The notes beneath the pieces are model-generated. The model ran no database searches, was not told the origin of the DNA, and saw only the letters and a list, made by a program, of their open reading frames with translations. The position numbers and the translations under genes are program-made. 64,000 bases of DNA from Neocallimastix sp. 'constans' (lineage: Eukaryota), in NCBI GenBank assembly GCA_050613775.1, contig JBODTK010000001.1:1302001-1366000 (forward strand), read 5' to 3'. Shown here in pieces: positions 1-11,156 of the stretch. Position 1 is the first letter of the stretch. Every line of letters starts with the position of its first letter.

Positions 1-168
1 TATTAATTGTTTAAAAAAAAAAAAATAAAAAATAAAAAATAAAAAAACTAGATATCAAATATAATTGATATACATATATATGTGTGTGTATAAAAGTGAT
101 AATTAATTAAATATATTTATTTTATGTAAAATAAAAATACTTTAATATAATAATAAAATATAAAATAG

Positions 169-878
169 TTCTTCCTTAATAATATTAGTGAACCAACTTT
201 ATTCCAAGGTGGTGATTACGTCGCTAAGACTGCTGTTGATGATGTTACAGCTGGATCGGCCAAGGTTGACCTTGTATGTATTAGAAAAAAAAATATTAAA
301 AAAAAATTATTAAATTTGAAATCTAATATGAATTTATGTCAATGTTATGTTTAATTTTTAATATTTATGAATGAAATTTTTTTAAAAAAATTTTTTTTTT
401 TTGAAAATGTATATAATAGTCTGGTGTTGATACTTCTAAATACCCTCCAAGCAGCAATAAATACTTTATTCGTATTGGTGATGTAGACGGTGGTTATTCT
501 GCTCAATTCACTATTAGTGGTGGAACAGGTAAAGCATCTACTGGTGCATCTACTGGTGCATCTACCGGTACTTCTACTGGTGCATCTACTGGTGCATCTA
601 CTGGTGCATCTACTGGTGTTTCTACTGGTGCAACCGGTTCTAGTTCCATTAGTTCCAGTCCCGCTTCAGGTGCTAATACAGGTGTTAGTGCTGGTTCAAC
701 TGGTGCCACTACCGGTGCTACTGGTGTTACTTCCAGCATCAACGCTGGTAATTCTACCAGTAGTAATACTGTTACATCAGCTACTTCCCCTTCTGGTAAA
801 ACTTCCAGTGACGCTACATCCAAGGTTGCTTTCTCTTTCATGGCTATCTTCGCTGCTCTCATTGCTCTCTTATTCTAA
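169..878 (+). CDS. 3' part of a Ser/Thr-rich, probably GPI-anchored cell-surface protein (Kre9/KNH1-like N-terminal domain family); exons 169-273 and 420-878, upstream exons outside the window
   Basis: AG|169 exon FFLNNISEPTLFQGGDYVAKTAVDDVTAGSAKVDL, GTATGT donor at 274, AG|420 exon SGVDTSKYPPSSNKYFIRIGDVDGGYSAQFTISGG, then (ASTG)n 12-bp repeats, an S/T-rich stalk, a hydrophobic tail VAFSFMAIFAALIALLF and TAA at 876-878. This frame is not in the ORF track. Confidence 0.8.
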
Positions 879-1061
879 ATTTTTTAATTGTTATAATGAA
901 ATAGAAAAATAAAAATTTGATAACCACATTTTTTTTTAACAGTAAAAAAGAATTATTTATTATATAGAAATTTAATTTAATTAAAAAAAAAAAAAAAAAA
1001 AAAAAAAGAAAAAAAGAAAAAAGAAAATTCAGAAATCTTCCGAACAAAATAATTTGAATAA

Positions 1062-1095
<34 letters not shown>

Positions 1096-1439
1096 CTTTA
1101 TCTTTATCTATTATTATAGTTTAATCGATATTTTAATATTTTTTTTTTATAATTTTTTTTATAATATTTTTTTTTTATTTTTATTTTTTATTAAATTACT
1201 ATCCTAAAAATTCACTAAAAAAAAAAAAAAAATGAAATAAGAAAAAATAAAAAGAATATTAATAAAAATAATAAATTTTTTTTTAAAAAAACAATAATAA
1301 TAATTTTATCTTAATTTTAAAAACATATATATATATATATTTATTTTTTTTTTTATATATATAAAAAAATCTATAAAATTTCATTATTACAAAAAGTTGA
1401 TAGTGAGCATGCTTTTTAAAATTTTCAAAATAATAAATC

Positions 1440-2060
1440 AGTATCTTCTACTGATGAAAAAAAAAAAAATTAAAAGCTTTAGCATGTTCATTTTAATTTT
1501 CTTGGGTCGGATTCTTCAGGTCATAGTCTTTCTAAAGATTTCTGGAAAGATTCTGAACCCCAATGTTATGAACTATTTTTCCATGTCTATGATGGAAAAG
1601 GAATAACCTAAAAAAAAAAAAAAAAAAAAAAGTGTATAACTCAGTTCCCATATATAATGTATTAATGAAAATTCATCTCTTTGGTATTAGAGGTAAATGT
1701 TGGAAATTTATTGAAAAAACTTATACTTATCTTCCAAGGCTGATGTAAGGGTTGGTGGACAATTACTAGCATCATTTAATATTAAGAAAGACGTTTCGTC
1801 ATGATTGTTCCCTCTCACTAATTTTATATAAATTGTTCATTATTGGCATTTTTAATAAATGTAATTGGCTTCCGATGGATACTTCGTGCCAAGATGTTGG
1901 ATATAAATTCGATGCTCCTGTTGTCAAAGTCACCAATATGATTGAAGATGACTTATCCAGAACGGTGTCTTTGTTGTTAGGGAGAAAAATAGGAATCCTC
2001 GATTGGAACATTGGTTTTCTAAATGCTTTCTTTTCCGTGAATTTCGAATGAAATATTTTT
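1440..2060 (+). mobile_element. Degenerate non-LTR (LINE) retrotransposon reverse-transcriptase remnant
   Basis: Frameshifted peptides YNSVPIYNVLMKIHLFGIRGKCWKFIE / LSSKADVRVGGQLLASFNIKK / RHDCSLSLILYKLFI match LINE RT motifs (AYDSV..., RQGCPLSPILFNLFI) and resemble the LINE remnant at 61.6-62.4 kb. Confidence 0.75.
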
Positions 2061-2424
2061 AAGAAGATTGAAATTCTTTTTGGAAAAATTTTTGTAATTA
2101 CCAAATATTGTCCAATATCAAATAGTAATGTAAACACCATAATTATTTTTAAAATTTCATTATATTTAAATTAATTTTATACATCTTCATATATATATAT
2201 TTATTTTATTTCAATATATTTATAATGCAATTAGTATTTTAATATTTTTATTATTTAATAAATAAGGTAATGGAAGTATATTTCTCCTCCTCTTTTTATA
2301 CAATTGATATTAATTTCTATTAGTATTAATAGTTTTAGTATTTTTGTGTTCAATGACTTCAATCCTTAACTAACCTATATTTTACTTCGAAATAAAGTAT
2401 AAATTTTAATAGTAAATTTAACAT

Positions 2425-2462
<38 letters not shown>

Positions 2463-4053
2463 CATCGAAGTCCTCACTTAGGATATCTACTCTTTACTAT
2501 TGTTTAAAATATTTATTATAATAGTAACTCTGATTAATTTATTTAACATTATTTTTTGTCATTGAAAAGAATATTGACAAGACAAAAAAAATTCAGATAG
2601 CGATATTTATAATAAATCATAATCTTTGTCCACAAAGAAATTATTATCAGTGAATAATAAATGAGAGGGAAAGAGTTTGAGAGCTTTTCTTTCCATAAAA
2701 ACTTTTAATATTTCTTATATATAGGATTTTTAGATATTAGTAAAAAAACTAAAAAAAAAAAAAAAAAAGTTAATACTAACTCTATTTAAAACCGTATTTA
2801 AAAAATTACCATTAAATTAAGTCCATTTGACATTTTTAGATGCTAACACCACCATAGTTTATTTATAAATTTTCGAAAATATTTTCAAATACTTAATAAA
2901 TTCTTTAATAAATTTATTATAAAAAAAAAATTATAAGTTATATAATCATTTTTTCCATTTATCTTCTTAAAAAAAAAATATATATATATATATATATATT
3001 ATATTATTTAATTAAAAATAAACATGGAGTTCAAAAAAGTTAAAATATATATTGTTTCTTGTCAAATAAAAAAAAAAAAAAATATCCAATTCATTGTAGT
3101 CTAGTCTCATTTATGATATAATATATTTATTATGAATGTAAACTAATAATTGAGAGAAATAGATATGTATGCTTAGGGAACAAATTGCTACTACTTCGTG
3201 ATTACGAGCTCCTATCTACTATATTTCTCAGTCAATATATAATTATTTGTAGTTTTTATCAGAATATGTGAATTAAGTTTAATGTATTAAAATGTAATGT
3301 ATTTAATGTAATGTATAAGCCATAATGTACTTGTATAAATTGAATGTAACATGTAAAATTAACTATTTGCAACTCTTTATAATAAATAAAGTTGACTTAA
3401 TATGATCTTATTTTCTAACAGTTTTAACTTGGTTTTGCTAATAAAAGTTGTTAAATATTATATATTAATTTTTTTTTTATAATATATTTTTTTATATTTA
3501 TTTTAGTTTGATACAATATAAAAATAATATATTATTATATTATATTATTTAATTAAAAATTAATGGAATTTTTGTAATATATATAATTTGACACAAAATA
3601 AATAAAATATATTATTTAATTAAAAATAATTATGGAGGTTAAAAAAATTTTTTTTTTTTTTTTGAACATTTTCAATTATAATATATATTGTTTCAAGTCA
3701 AATATATAATTACACAAAAAAATAAAAAAAAAAAAAAATAATATATTGATATATATTAAATTAAATAAACCTCCGTTTTAAATAATGTAATTAATACTTT
3801 ATCTCCAAAAAAAAAAATCTCGAATAACTATAAAAGACAACTTTTTTACTCTATTTTTTTTTTTCTTTGAAAAATAAATATAAAATAAAGTAATACTAAA
3901 AAAAATTCAAATTTAAATAAAACTAAAATAAATAAAAAATATAAATATAAATTAAAGTTATATTTTAAAATTATATATATATTTTTAAAATAAAAAAAAA
4001 AGAAAAAAAAAAAAATTTATAAATAAAAAAGTAAATAAATTGAAAAATTAAAA

Positions 4054-4449
4054 ATGGGCAAAATTAAAACAGAAAAAGAAAAGATAGTAGAATATAGTAG
4101 GATTGTTATTGTAATAGCCTTTTTATATATAATTAAAGATATAATTCTGAGTTTAGCATATAGAGATGAACTTACTATAATATGCATGCTTGATATATTT
4201 ATTGAAATTGCGATTATCGTTTTTATGAACCAAAGAAAGGTTAAAGTATTGAAAACACTCTTCAGCATATTTTTAATAAATCTCATAATAAAAACTCTAT
4301 GTTTCTTTATTGTATTTGTATCATATTTTGAAAAGAGTGTGATTGTATTTTTCTTTGGTTTAGATGCTATATGCTATTTAATCTGTACCATATATATTAA
4401 AGTAATTATCAAAAAATTATTAAAAAATAAGGATCAAAATGAACTTTAA
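4054..4449 (+). CDS. Small (131 aa) multi-pass membrane protein, about 4 TM segments, unknown function
   Basis: Intact ATG-TAA ORF with four hydrophobic segments, TATAAAA at ~3829, and a diverged paralog at ~8010-8445 that supports real coding status. Confidence 0.6.
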   Translation: MGKIKTEKEKIVEYSRIVIVIAFLYIIKDIILSLAYRDELTIICMLDIFIEIAIIVFMNQRKVKVLKTLFSIFLINLIIKTLCFFIVFVSYFEKSVIVFFFGLDAICYLICTIYIKVIIKKLLKNKDQNEL

Positions 4450-4975
4450 TAATGTTCCAGAAAATATTGTTCAAAATATATATACATATATATATTAATA
4501 ATATATAATATTCAAATTGCATTTTAGATTTGAAAAAGAAATATACAAATCAATTTCTAAAATGGTAATAATTATATTTTCATCCCTTTGAATATAAGGA
4601 TTAAAAGTGATTACTTTTAATAGTGTAATAATCAAATATATATATATATATATTTAAACCATAACAAAATTTTAAATTAATTTACAATAGAAATTAGAAT
4701 AAAAAATAAAATTTTAAAATAAAAATAAAAATAAAGATAAAAATAAAAATAAAAATAAATAAATAAAAAATAAATAAATAAATAAATAAAATAAATAGGA
4801 AATAAAGATAAAAATATTAATTAATTTTTGGCTTAACAAATTGTTCATATTAAGAAAAACAAAAAACAAACAAAAAAAACAAATAAAAGAATTTTTTTTT
4901 TAAAAAAAAAAATAAAAAAAAAATTTATAAAAAAAAAAACTTAAAAGTTATATACTGTTAATGATATATTTGCTT

Positions 4976-5245
4976 CATTTATTTATTTATTTACTTATAT
5001 ATAGATATTTTTTATTTTAATTACTGTATATATATTTTATATATTTAAGATATTATTTTCGTAGCATTTATTTATTTATTTACTTATATAGATTTTTTTA
5101 TTTTAATTACTTATATATATTTTATATATTTAAGATATTATTTTCGTAGCATTTATTTATTTATTTACTTATATATAGATATTTTTTATTTTAATTATTG
5201 TATATATATTTTATATATTTAAGATATTATTTTCGTAGCATTTAT
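4976..5245. repeat. Tandem repeat, ~85-90 bp unit x3
   Basis: Unit CATTTATTTATTTATTTACTTATATATAGAT...TTTAAGATATTATTTTCGTAG repeated three times. Confidence 0.85.
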
Positions 5246-5573
5246 TTATTTTTTTTTTCTTCATATTTTATCATTGTATGTAATTACTATTTTTTTTTTT
5301 TTTTTTTTTATTTCTATTATGTATGAATAATATACAAAAAAATATTATATTATATAATTATATATATATACAAAACTCAATAATATCAATATTAATTTCT
5401 TTTTGATATTAATCATTTTAATATTCTTTCCTAACATATGGGTACATATGTCTGTAGATAATTTCTACAAAAGCAATCTTTCTGACAAATTTTCAAGTAC
5501 CAAGTGAGCTAGAACGTATCTCATTGGGGTTGGGCTATTCAGGCCCATCTCAATATAATAATATAATATTTCC

Positions 5574-5609
<36 letters not shown>

Positions 5610-5696
5610 ATCAATCGATACAACAGAGTTAGTGAAGACTGCATCCTTTCATTCTGCTCCTCCTCAAATAAATACAACTGGCCTTCTTTTTGGCTC

Positions 5697-5729
<33 letters not shown>

Positions 5730-5833
5730 TTTGTTTGTTTGTTTGTTTGTTTGTTTTTTTCCTAATTTTTTATATCTTTAAGGTTTTTTTGGAAATACTT
5801 TATATATGTGTAAGATAATTTTTAATTTTTTTA

Positions 5834-5875
<42 letters not shown>

Positions 5876-6517
5876 TTAAATTTTAATGAAATAAAATTCA
5901 AAATAAAAATAAATAAAAGTAAATAAAAAATAGCAATTATTAATGAAAAAAAAAAAAAAAAAAATAATTTAGACGCACATAATGAGTACCCATCTCTCAT
6001 TATGACCATAACAGGTATTACTGTTAAAGTGTTGATATACTGGAGTACTAGTACAATATCGCCCCTCCACACGTCGTTAACACATTTCTGCTTGGAGCTG
6101 TATTCCCAAACATTTCTACATATATCTTCATTGACCACGAGCATCGGAATAGGAACCATTCACCCCTCCAGTGGGTGTAATCATTGGCGTGTGGACATAT
6201 TATCATCAATGCCTATGATTAAGTTGTAGCTTAGTATCACCGGGGCTGGGTCCAATATGCTGCCAAGGGAAAGCCTTTTAGATACCACTGTGGTTTTATG
6301 ATACACCAAGGATAGGAATTTATTAATGGTATTATTTATTTATTTATTTATTTAGTAATTTATAGAATTAATAATAAATAAAATTAATAATTAATTTTAT
6401 TTAGAATACTGAAGAAATGAAAAATAAATAATAATAGAGTTCATAAATGTTACACACGAAAGTTAAAAATGTTATCAAAATCTATTAATTAAATAATCAA
6501 TTAATTATTAAAATTAA

Positions 6518-6860
6518 GAATCTAGAGTATGGAGTATTTTCGTATGTGGCTTTTTTTTAATAATTAAATAAATAATAATTAAATAAATAATAAATATTCT
6601 TTTTTTAAATATATAATTTATTAATATTCAATTGTAAAAATATTTTTATATAATTCTTTTTTTTAATAGAATATATTATTATTTCTTTTGAAATAGTTAT
6701 TTAATAATATTTAATTGAAAAATATATTATCATTTCTTTTGAAATAATAAATATTTATAGATTTATTTATTATTATAGAATATCTTAAAAATGTATGACT
6801 TTAACTTAAAAAAATATAAGCCACATTGCGAAATGGACGATTGCGAAAATGCACGATCCC
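6518..6860. mobile_element. MITE-like non-autonomous DNA transposon (Mutator-like TSD length)
   Basis: Left TTTTCGTATGTGGCTT is an imperfect inverted copy of right AAGCCACATTGCGAAA. The interior is AT-rich and the element is flanked by TTAAAATTAA at 6508-6517 and 6861-6870. Confidence 0.5.
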
Positions 6861-7074
6861 TTAAAATTAAATTATATTGCTAACCTTAATTCGAATAAAC
6901 TAAATTAATTAAGTGTCCATGAAAAAATATTTTACTTGGTGAATATAGATGTTCTACTAAATTCCAATCTCAATCTTTCTGTCTTATATGCCATCACTAA
7001 GTGAGCTAGTACTTGTTTTCATGGGTTAGATTATACTAATCTCGCTTCAAATAAGAGAAGTTAGGAACTGTGGA

Positions 7075-7304
7075 GGGGAGTGGGGCATTTCGTCAAATTG
7101 CATTTCGCCAAATTGAAAATTATTAATTAAATAAATAAATCAATAAATAAAATTAAATATTATTAATATTGAATAAAAACAAGTTTTAAAAAAAAATTAT
7201 TTTGAATTAATATTTTTTTATTAATTCATTTATTTATATCAATACTCCTCTTGGAGAAATGCAACATTTTAATACTACGCCACTTGGCGAAATGCAACTC
7301 TTCC
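7075..7304. mobile_element. MITE (~230 bp) with subterminal GCATTTCGCCAA repeats, inserted in an older coding-like remnant
   Basis: Left GGGGAGTGGGGCATTTCGTCAA..GCATTTCGCCAA; right TTGGAGAAATGC..TTGGCGAAATGCAACTCTTCC (inverted); flanks GAACTG(TG)GA / GAACTGGA look like an ~8-bp TSD. Confidence 0.65.
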
Positions 7305-7346
7305 GAACTGGAGAAGTATTCAGAGAAAAAAAAAAAAAAAAAAAAA

Positions 7347-7550
7347 CGCTCAAGAAAACTTTTAGCAGTAATACGAATGTTAGAGCGCCAATGCTGAATA
7401 GTTAGTACGGCTGTCCAGTAGGGACAATTCTACCTATATGGAAATAAGTGACTACCTTAATATTTCCATTGCCCCTGAGGGGGGCCCTGAAACCAAAAAC
7501 GATGCACACTGAAAAATAAAATAAAAAAAAAAAAAAAAAAAAAAAATAAA
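7347..7550 (+). mobile_element. Probable 3' end of a non-LTR retroposon (hairpins followed by an A-rich tail)
   Basis: GC-richer island with a 9-bp stem ATGGAAATA/TATTTCCAT and a GCCCC-TGA-GGGG hairpin, then poly-A. The motif AGTGACTACCTTAATATT recurs at 13633. Confidence 0.55.
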
Positions 7551-7685
7551 TAAATTAATCTCTACTAATGATGTATAAAAAAACATTTAATACTATTTGA
7601 GAAAAATAAATTTGATACAGAAGATAATTATATTTTATTATTATTTTCATTAAAAATAAAACAGAGAAAATTTTAATATATTATA

Positions 7686-7717
<32 letters not shown>

Positions 7718-8011
7718 ATATACATTTAATTTATATTATTATTAGTTATATATCTGTTTCATTTTGTTAATAAAAATAATTATAAATTATAAATTGAAAT
7801 ATGAAACATATGTATATAAATATTTTAATTTCAACCCAAAAACTATAAAAGACAACTTTTTTTTTTTTTTTTTTTTAATATAAATATATATTTTTAACAA
7901 ACAAATTATAATAAAATAATACTTAAAATAAATAAAATTATTAGATAAAACTATTTTCATAAAAAAAAAATACAATAAAATAAAAAAAATATATAAATAA
8001 GTTAGGAAATT

Positions 8012-8445
8012 AAAATAGTTGATGCTAAAGTTATTAAAGATAAAAAGATAGATATACCAAAATTATTATTGGATTCACTATTATATTTCTAATTTTAGAT
8101 ATAATTATGTGCTTTCTAAATCCTACATTCAAAATTTTCATTATATCTGTTATTGATATAATTATTAAAATTATCATTATCTATGCTTTAAATCATTGAA
8201 AAGTTAAACTAATAGATGTTCTTTTCATTTTATTTTTTTTCATTAAACTTCATAATGGAATATACAGTTTTTGCTGTTGTAGTTATATAGAATTGCAACT
8301 ATGATTCTTATTTTATCAATAATAGCATTTTTGAATATTCATTTGGATATATATTCGCTTGTGGTTTCGACACTGTGGTCTACATAATCTATGTCATTGA
8401 TATCTATAAAATTATCAAAATTTTTATCAAAAGAGGAAGTTAAAA
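8012..8445 (+). pseudogene. Decayed paralog of the 4054-4449 membrane-protein gene
   Basis: Fragments RYTKIIIGFTIIFLILDIIMC..ISVIDIIIKIIIIYALNH*KVKLIDVLF..GFDTVVYIIY align with the 131-aa protein but carry stops and frameshifts. Upstream CTATAAAAGACAACTTTTTT and downstream ATTTTAGATTTG are shared between the copies. Confidence 0.7.
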
Positions 8446-8709
8446 AGTATCTTAATCATAATGATGTACTAGAAAATATAGCTTAATAAATATATTTTAA
8501 AATATTATATAATATTAAAATTATATTTTAGATTTGGAAAAAAAGAAAAAATTGGATCCCATTTTTAAAAATAATAAAAAATAATATTTTCTTTTCTTTG
8601 CACATAATAATAATCAAAAAAAAAAAAAAAAATAATAAAATATTTATAAACCGAAAAAAAAAAAAAAAAAAAATACTTTAAATAATTATGTTCGATTGTA
8701 AATTGTTAC

Positions 8710-8752
<43 letters not shown>

Positions 8753-9024
8753 TTTATATATTTTGGAAATTAAATTCGTTAGAAATTAAATATTTATTTG
8801 AAAAGATTATATATATGTATAATATATATATATATATATAAAGATAATTAAAAATAAATCAAAGTATTATTCTTTATTCTATTTTTTAACTATAAAAAAA
8901 AAAAAAAGATGATGAAATTATAAAAGTTATATAGTATTATTCATTCAGAGGGTGTTATATCTATATAATAAATAATTAATATTTATAAAAATCTTCATTT
9001 TGTTTACTATAATTTTTAAATATA

Positions 9025-9075
<51 letters not shown>

Positions 9076-10109
9076 TTATATTTTTTAAATCGTTATTTTC
9101 TTTATAATGTTTTTTTTTATTCCAAGTATTTTTTTTTTTTTTTATTTATCCTCAACTAAAAAGGAAAAAAAGCAAAGTAATAAAAAAATTAATCTTTGGA
9201 AAAGAGATGACCATACATATATCCATTCTTTCTATTTAACCTGTCAAGATATATTTATTAAAATCGATTAAAAGAAATGATTAACATTAATAGTAATAGT
9301 AATATTGGTACTAACACTAAATATATTATATATATTTTTCATAAAAGAATTATTATTAAATAAGGTATACTTAAAGTCGTCGATGAAATTTTTAAAAATA
9401 TGTTAAAAAAATAAATAAATTAATAAATAAATCTTGATACATAAAAGTAATAGACTTTCAAAGTTTTAAAAACCATTAGATTTAATTATAATTAATAATC
9501 AAATAAATAAATATAAAATAAATAAATAAATAAATAAATATATAAATATACAAATATATAAATAAATAATAAATAAATAAGTAAATAAATAAGCTCTTTT
9601 TTATATTATATAAAATATATCTAATTTTTTTTTTAATTTTTTTTTTTTTAATAAAACAAATTTATAATTAAATATAAAATATCTTTAGGAATCATTACTC
9701 ATTGCGTACTTTAAATTAATTCATATTTTCACATAATGAAAAATTTAAAAAAAAAAAAAAGTTTTTATTATTACTATTTTTATTTTTTTTTTATTAATTT
9801 TTATTATATATATAATTTTTTTTTTTTTTTTTTTTTTAATTTAATATATAATTTTTCTATTTCTATATATCTTTATTAATTTTTTTTAAATATTTATTAA
9901 TTATTATTTTATTAATAAATAAAAATAAAATTTTTTTTATATATATTATTCTTTTTTTTTTTTGATTTTTTCTTTGTTATTAAAATTAATTATATATGTG
10001 GTTTTATCGAGAGGCATATAATTTATTTTATTATTGGAAAATTTAATTATTTATTATTTTATTATTTTATTATTTTGTTATTTTTTAATTATTTTTTTTT
10101 TCCTTTCCT

Positions 10110-10166
<57 letters not shown>

Positions 10167-10307
10167 TATTAATATATTTAAATAGATAAAGTTAAAATAA
10201 AATTTAAATTCATATAAATATATATATAAATAAATCTATATATATATTATAATTATTATTCATTTATTTTTATTTTTTATTTTTGTCAAAATCTCTTCTT
10301 ATATAAT

Positions 10308-11156
10308 TTAATAGTTTCCTAAAGCTTTAATTAAACCTGGAATAGCTTTTTCGAATTTAACACCATACCAGTGATCTTTTTTATCATCAATAGTCTTCTT
10401 AATGGAATCAACAACGAAATCAGCAGCAATAGTAATAGCTTCAAGAGCAGTCTTACCGTTTAAGATAGCACCAGCAAAAGCGGAAGAGAAGACATCACCA
10501 GTACCGTGGAAGGAACAGTTTACCCATTCATTGAAATAGTATTCGAAAGAATCAGTTTCACTATAGTAGACAGAGGCACCAACCTTACCCTTTTCAAAGG
10601 AAACACCAGTAATAATAACATTCTTAGCTCCAAGCTTACTAAGATCTCTGGAAATCTTTTCAATGTAGGCTTGATCATAATTGTCACCAACATATGGAAT
10701 ACCTAAAAGGAAACTAGCTTCAGTAAGATTTGGAAGAATGTAATCAGCACCCTTGCAGAGCTTGGCCATTTCTTGTGGGAAATTGGCATCAAAACCAGCA
10801 TAGAGAACACCATTATCAGCCATAGCTGGATCAACAATTCTAATGGCATTTGGCTTGGCAGCCTTTTCCATAATATCAATAATGTATGGAATTTGAGTTT
10901 TAGTGACGTAACCGGTATAGAAAGCATCAAAATCAATTTTTTCCTTGAGCCATTGGTCAAGAATCTTTGGCATTTCATCAGTTAAATCGTTGAAGGTCCA
11001 ACCACTGTAACCACTAGCAGTATGATTAGAAAGTAAAGCTCCTGGAAGAATAGCAGTTTCAATACCACAGGCAGATATAATTGGAAGAGCTACAGTAAGA
11101 GAGCATTGACCAACACAAGAGATATCTTGGATAGTTAAAAGTTTCTTGTCAACCAT
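10308..11156 (-). CDS. pdxK: Pyridoxal/pyridoxamine kinase (PfkB/ribokinase superfamily), intronless, bacterial type
   Basis: QDISCVGQCSLTVALP, LSNHT, YTGY, VDPAMADNG, LPNLTEA and the HGTGDVFS anion-hole motif; 282 aa with strongly biased codon usage. Confidence 0.92.
   Translation of the reverse strand: MVDKKLLTIQDISCVGQCSLTVALPIISACGIETAILPGALLSNHTASGYSGWTFNDLTDEMPKILDQWLKEKIDFDAFYTGYVTKTQIPYIIDIMEKAAKPNAIRIVDPAMADNGVLYAGFDANFPQEMAKLCKGADYILPNLTEASFLLGIPYVGDNYDQAYIEKISRDLSKLGAKNVIITGVSFEKGKVGASVYYSETDSFEYYFNEWVNCSFHGTGDVFSSAFAGAILNGKTALEAITIAADFVVDSIKKTIDDKKDHWYGVKFEKAIPGLIKALGNY

Noticed and set aside
490..912. ORFs 490-912 (+) and 503-862 (-)
   Set aside because: Off-frame and antisense shadows of the repetitive exon of the GPI-anchored gene; the real frame is 420-878.
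5970..7512. Hammerhead, HDV-like ribozyme or group I intron in the GC islands
   Set aside because: I could not find complete cores (CUGANGA…GAAA, the HDV nested pseudoknot, or a P7 pairing) by eye.
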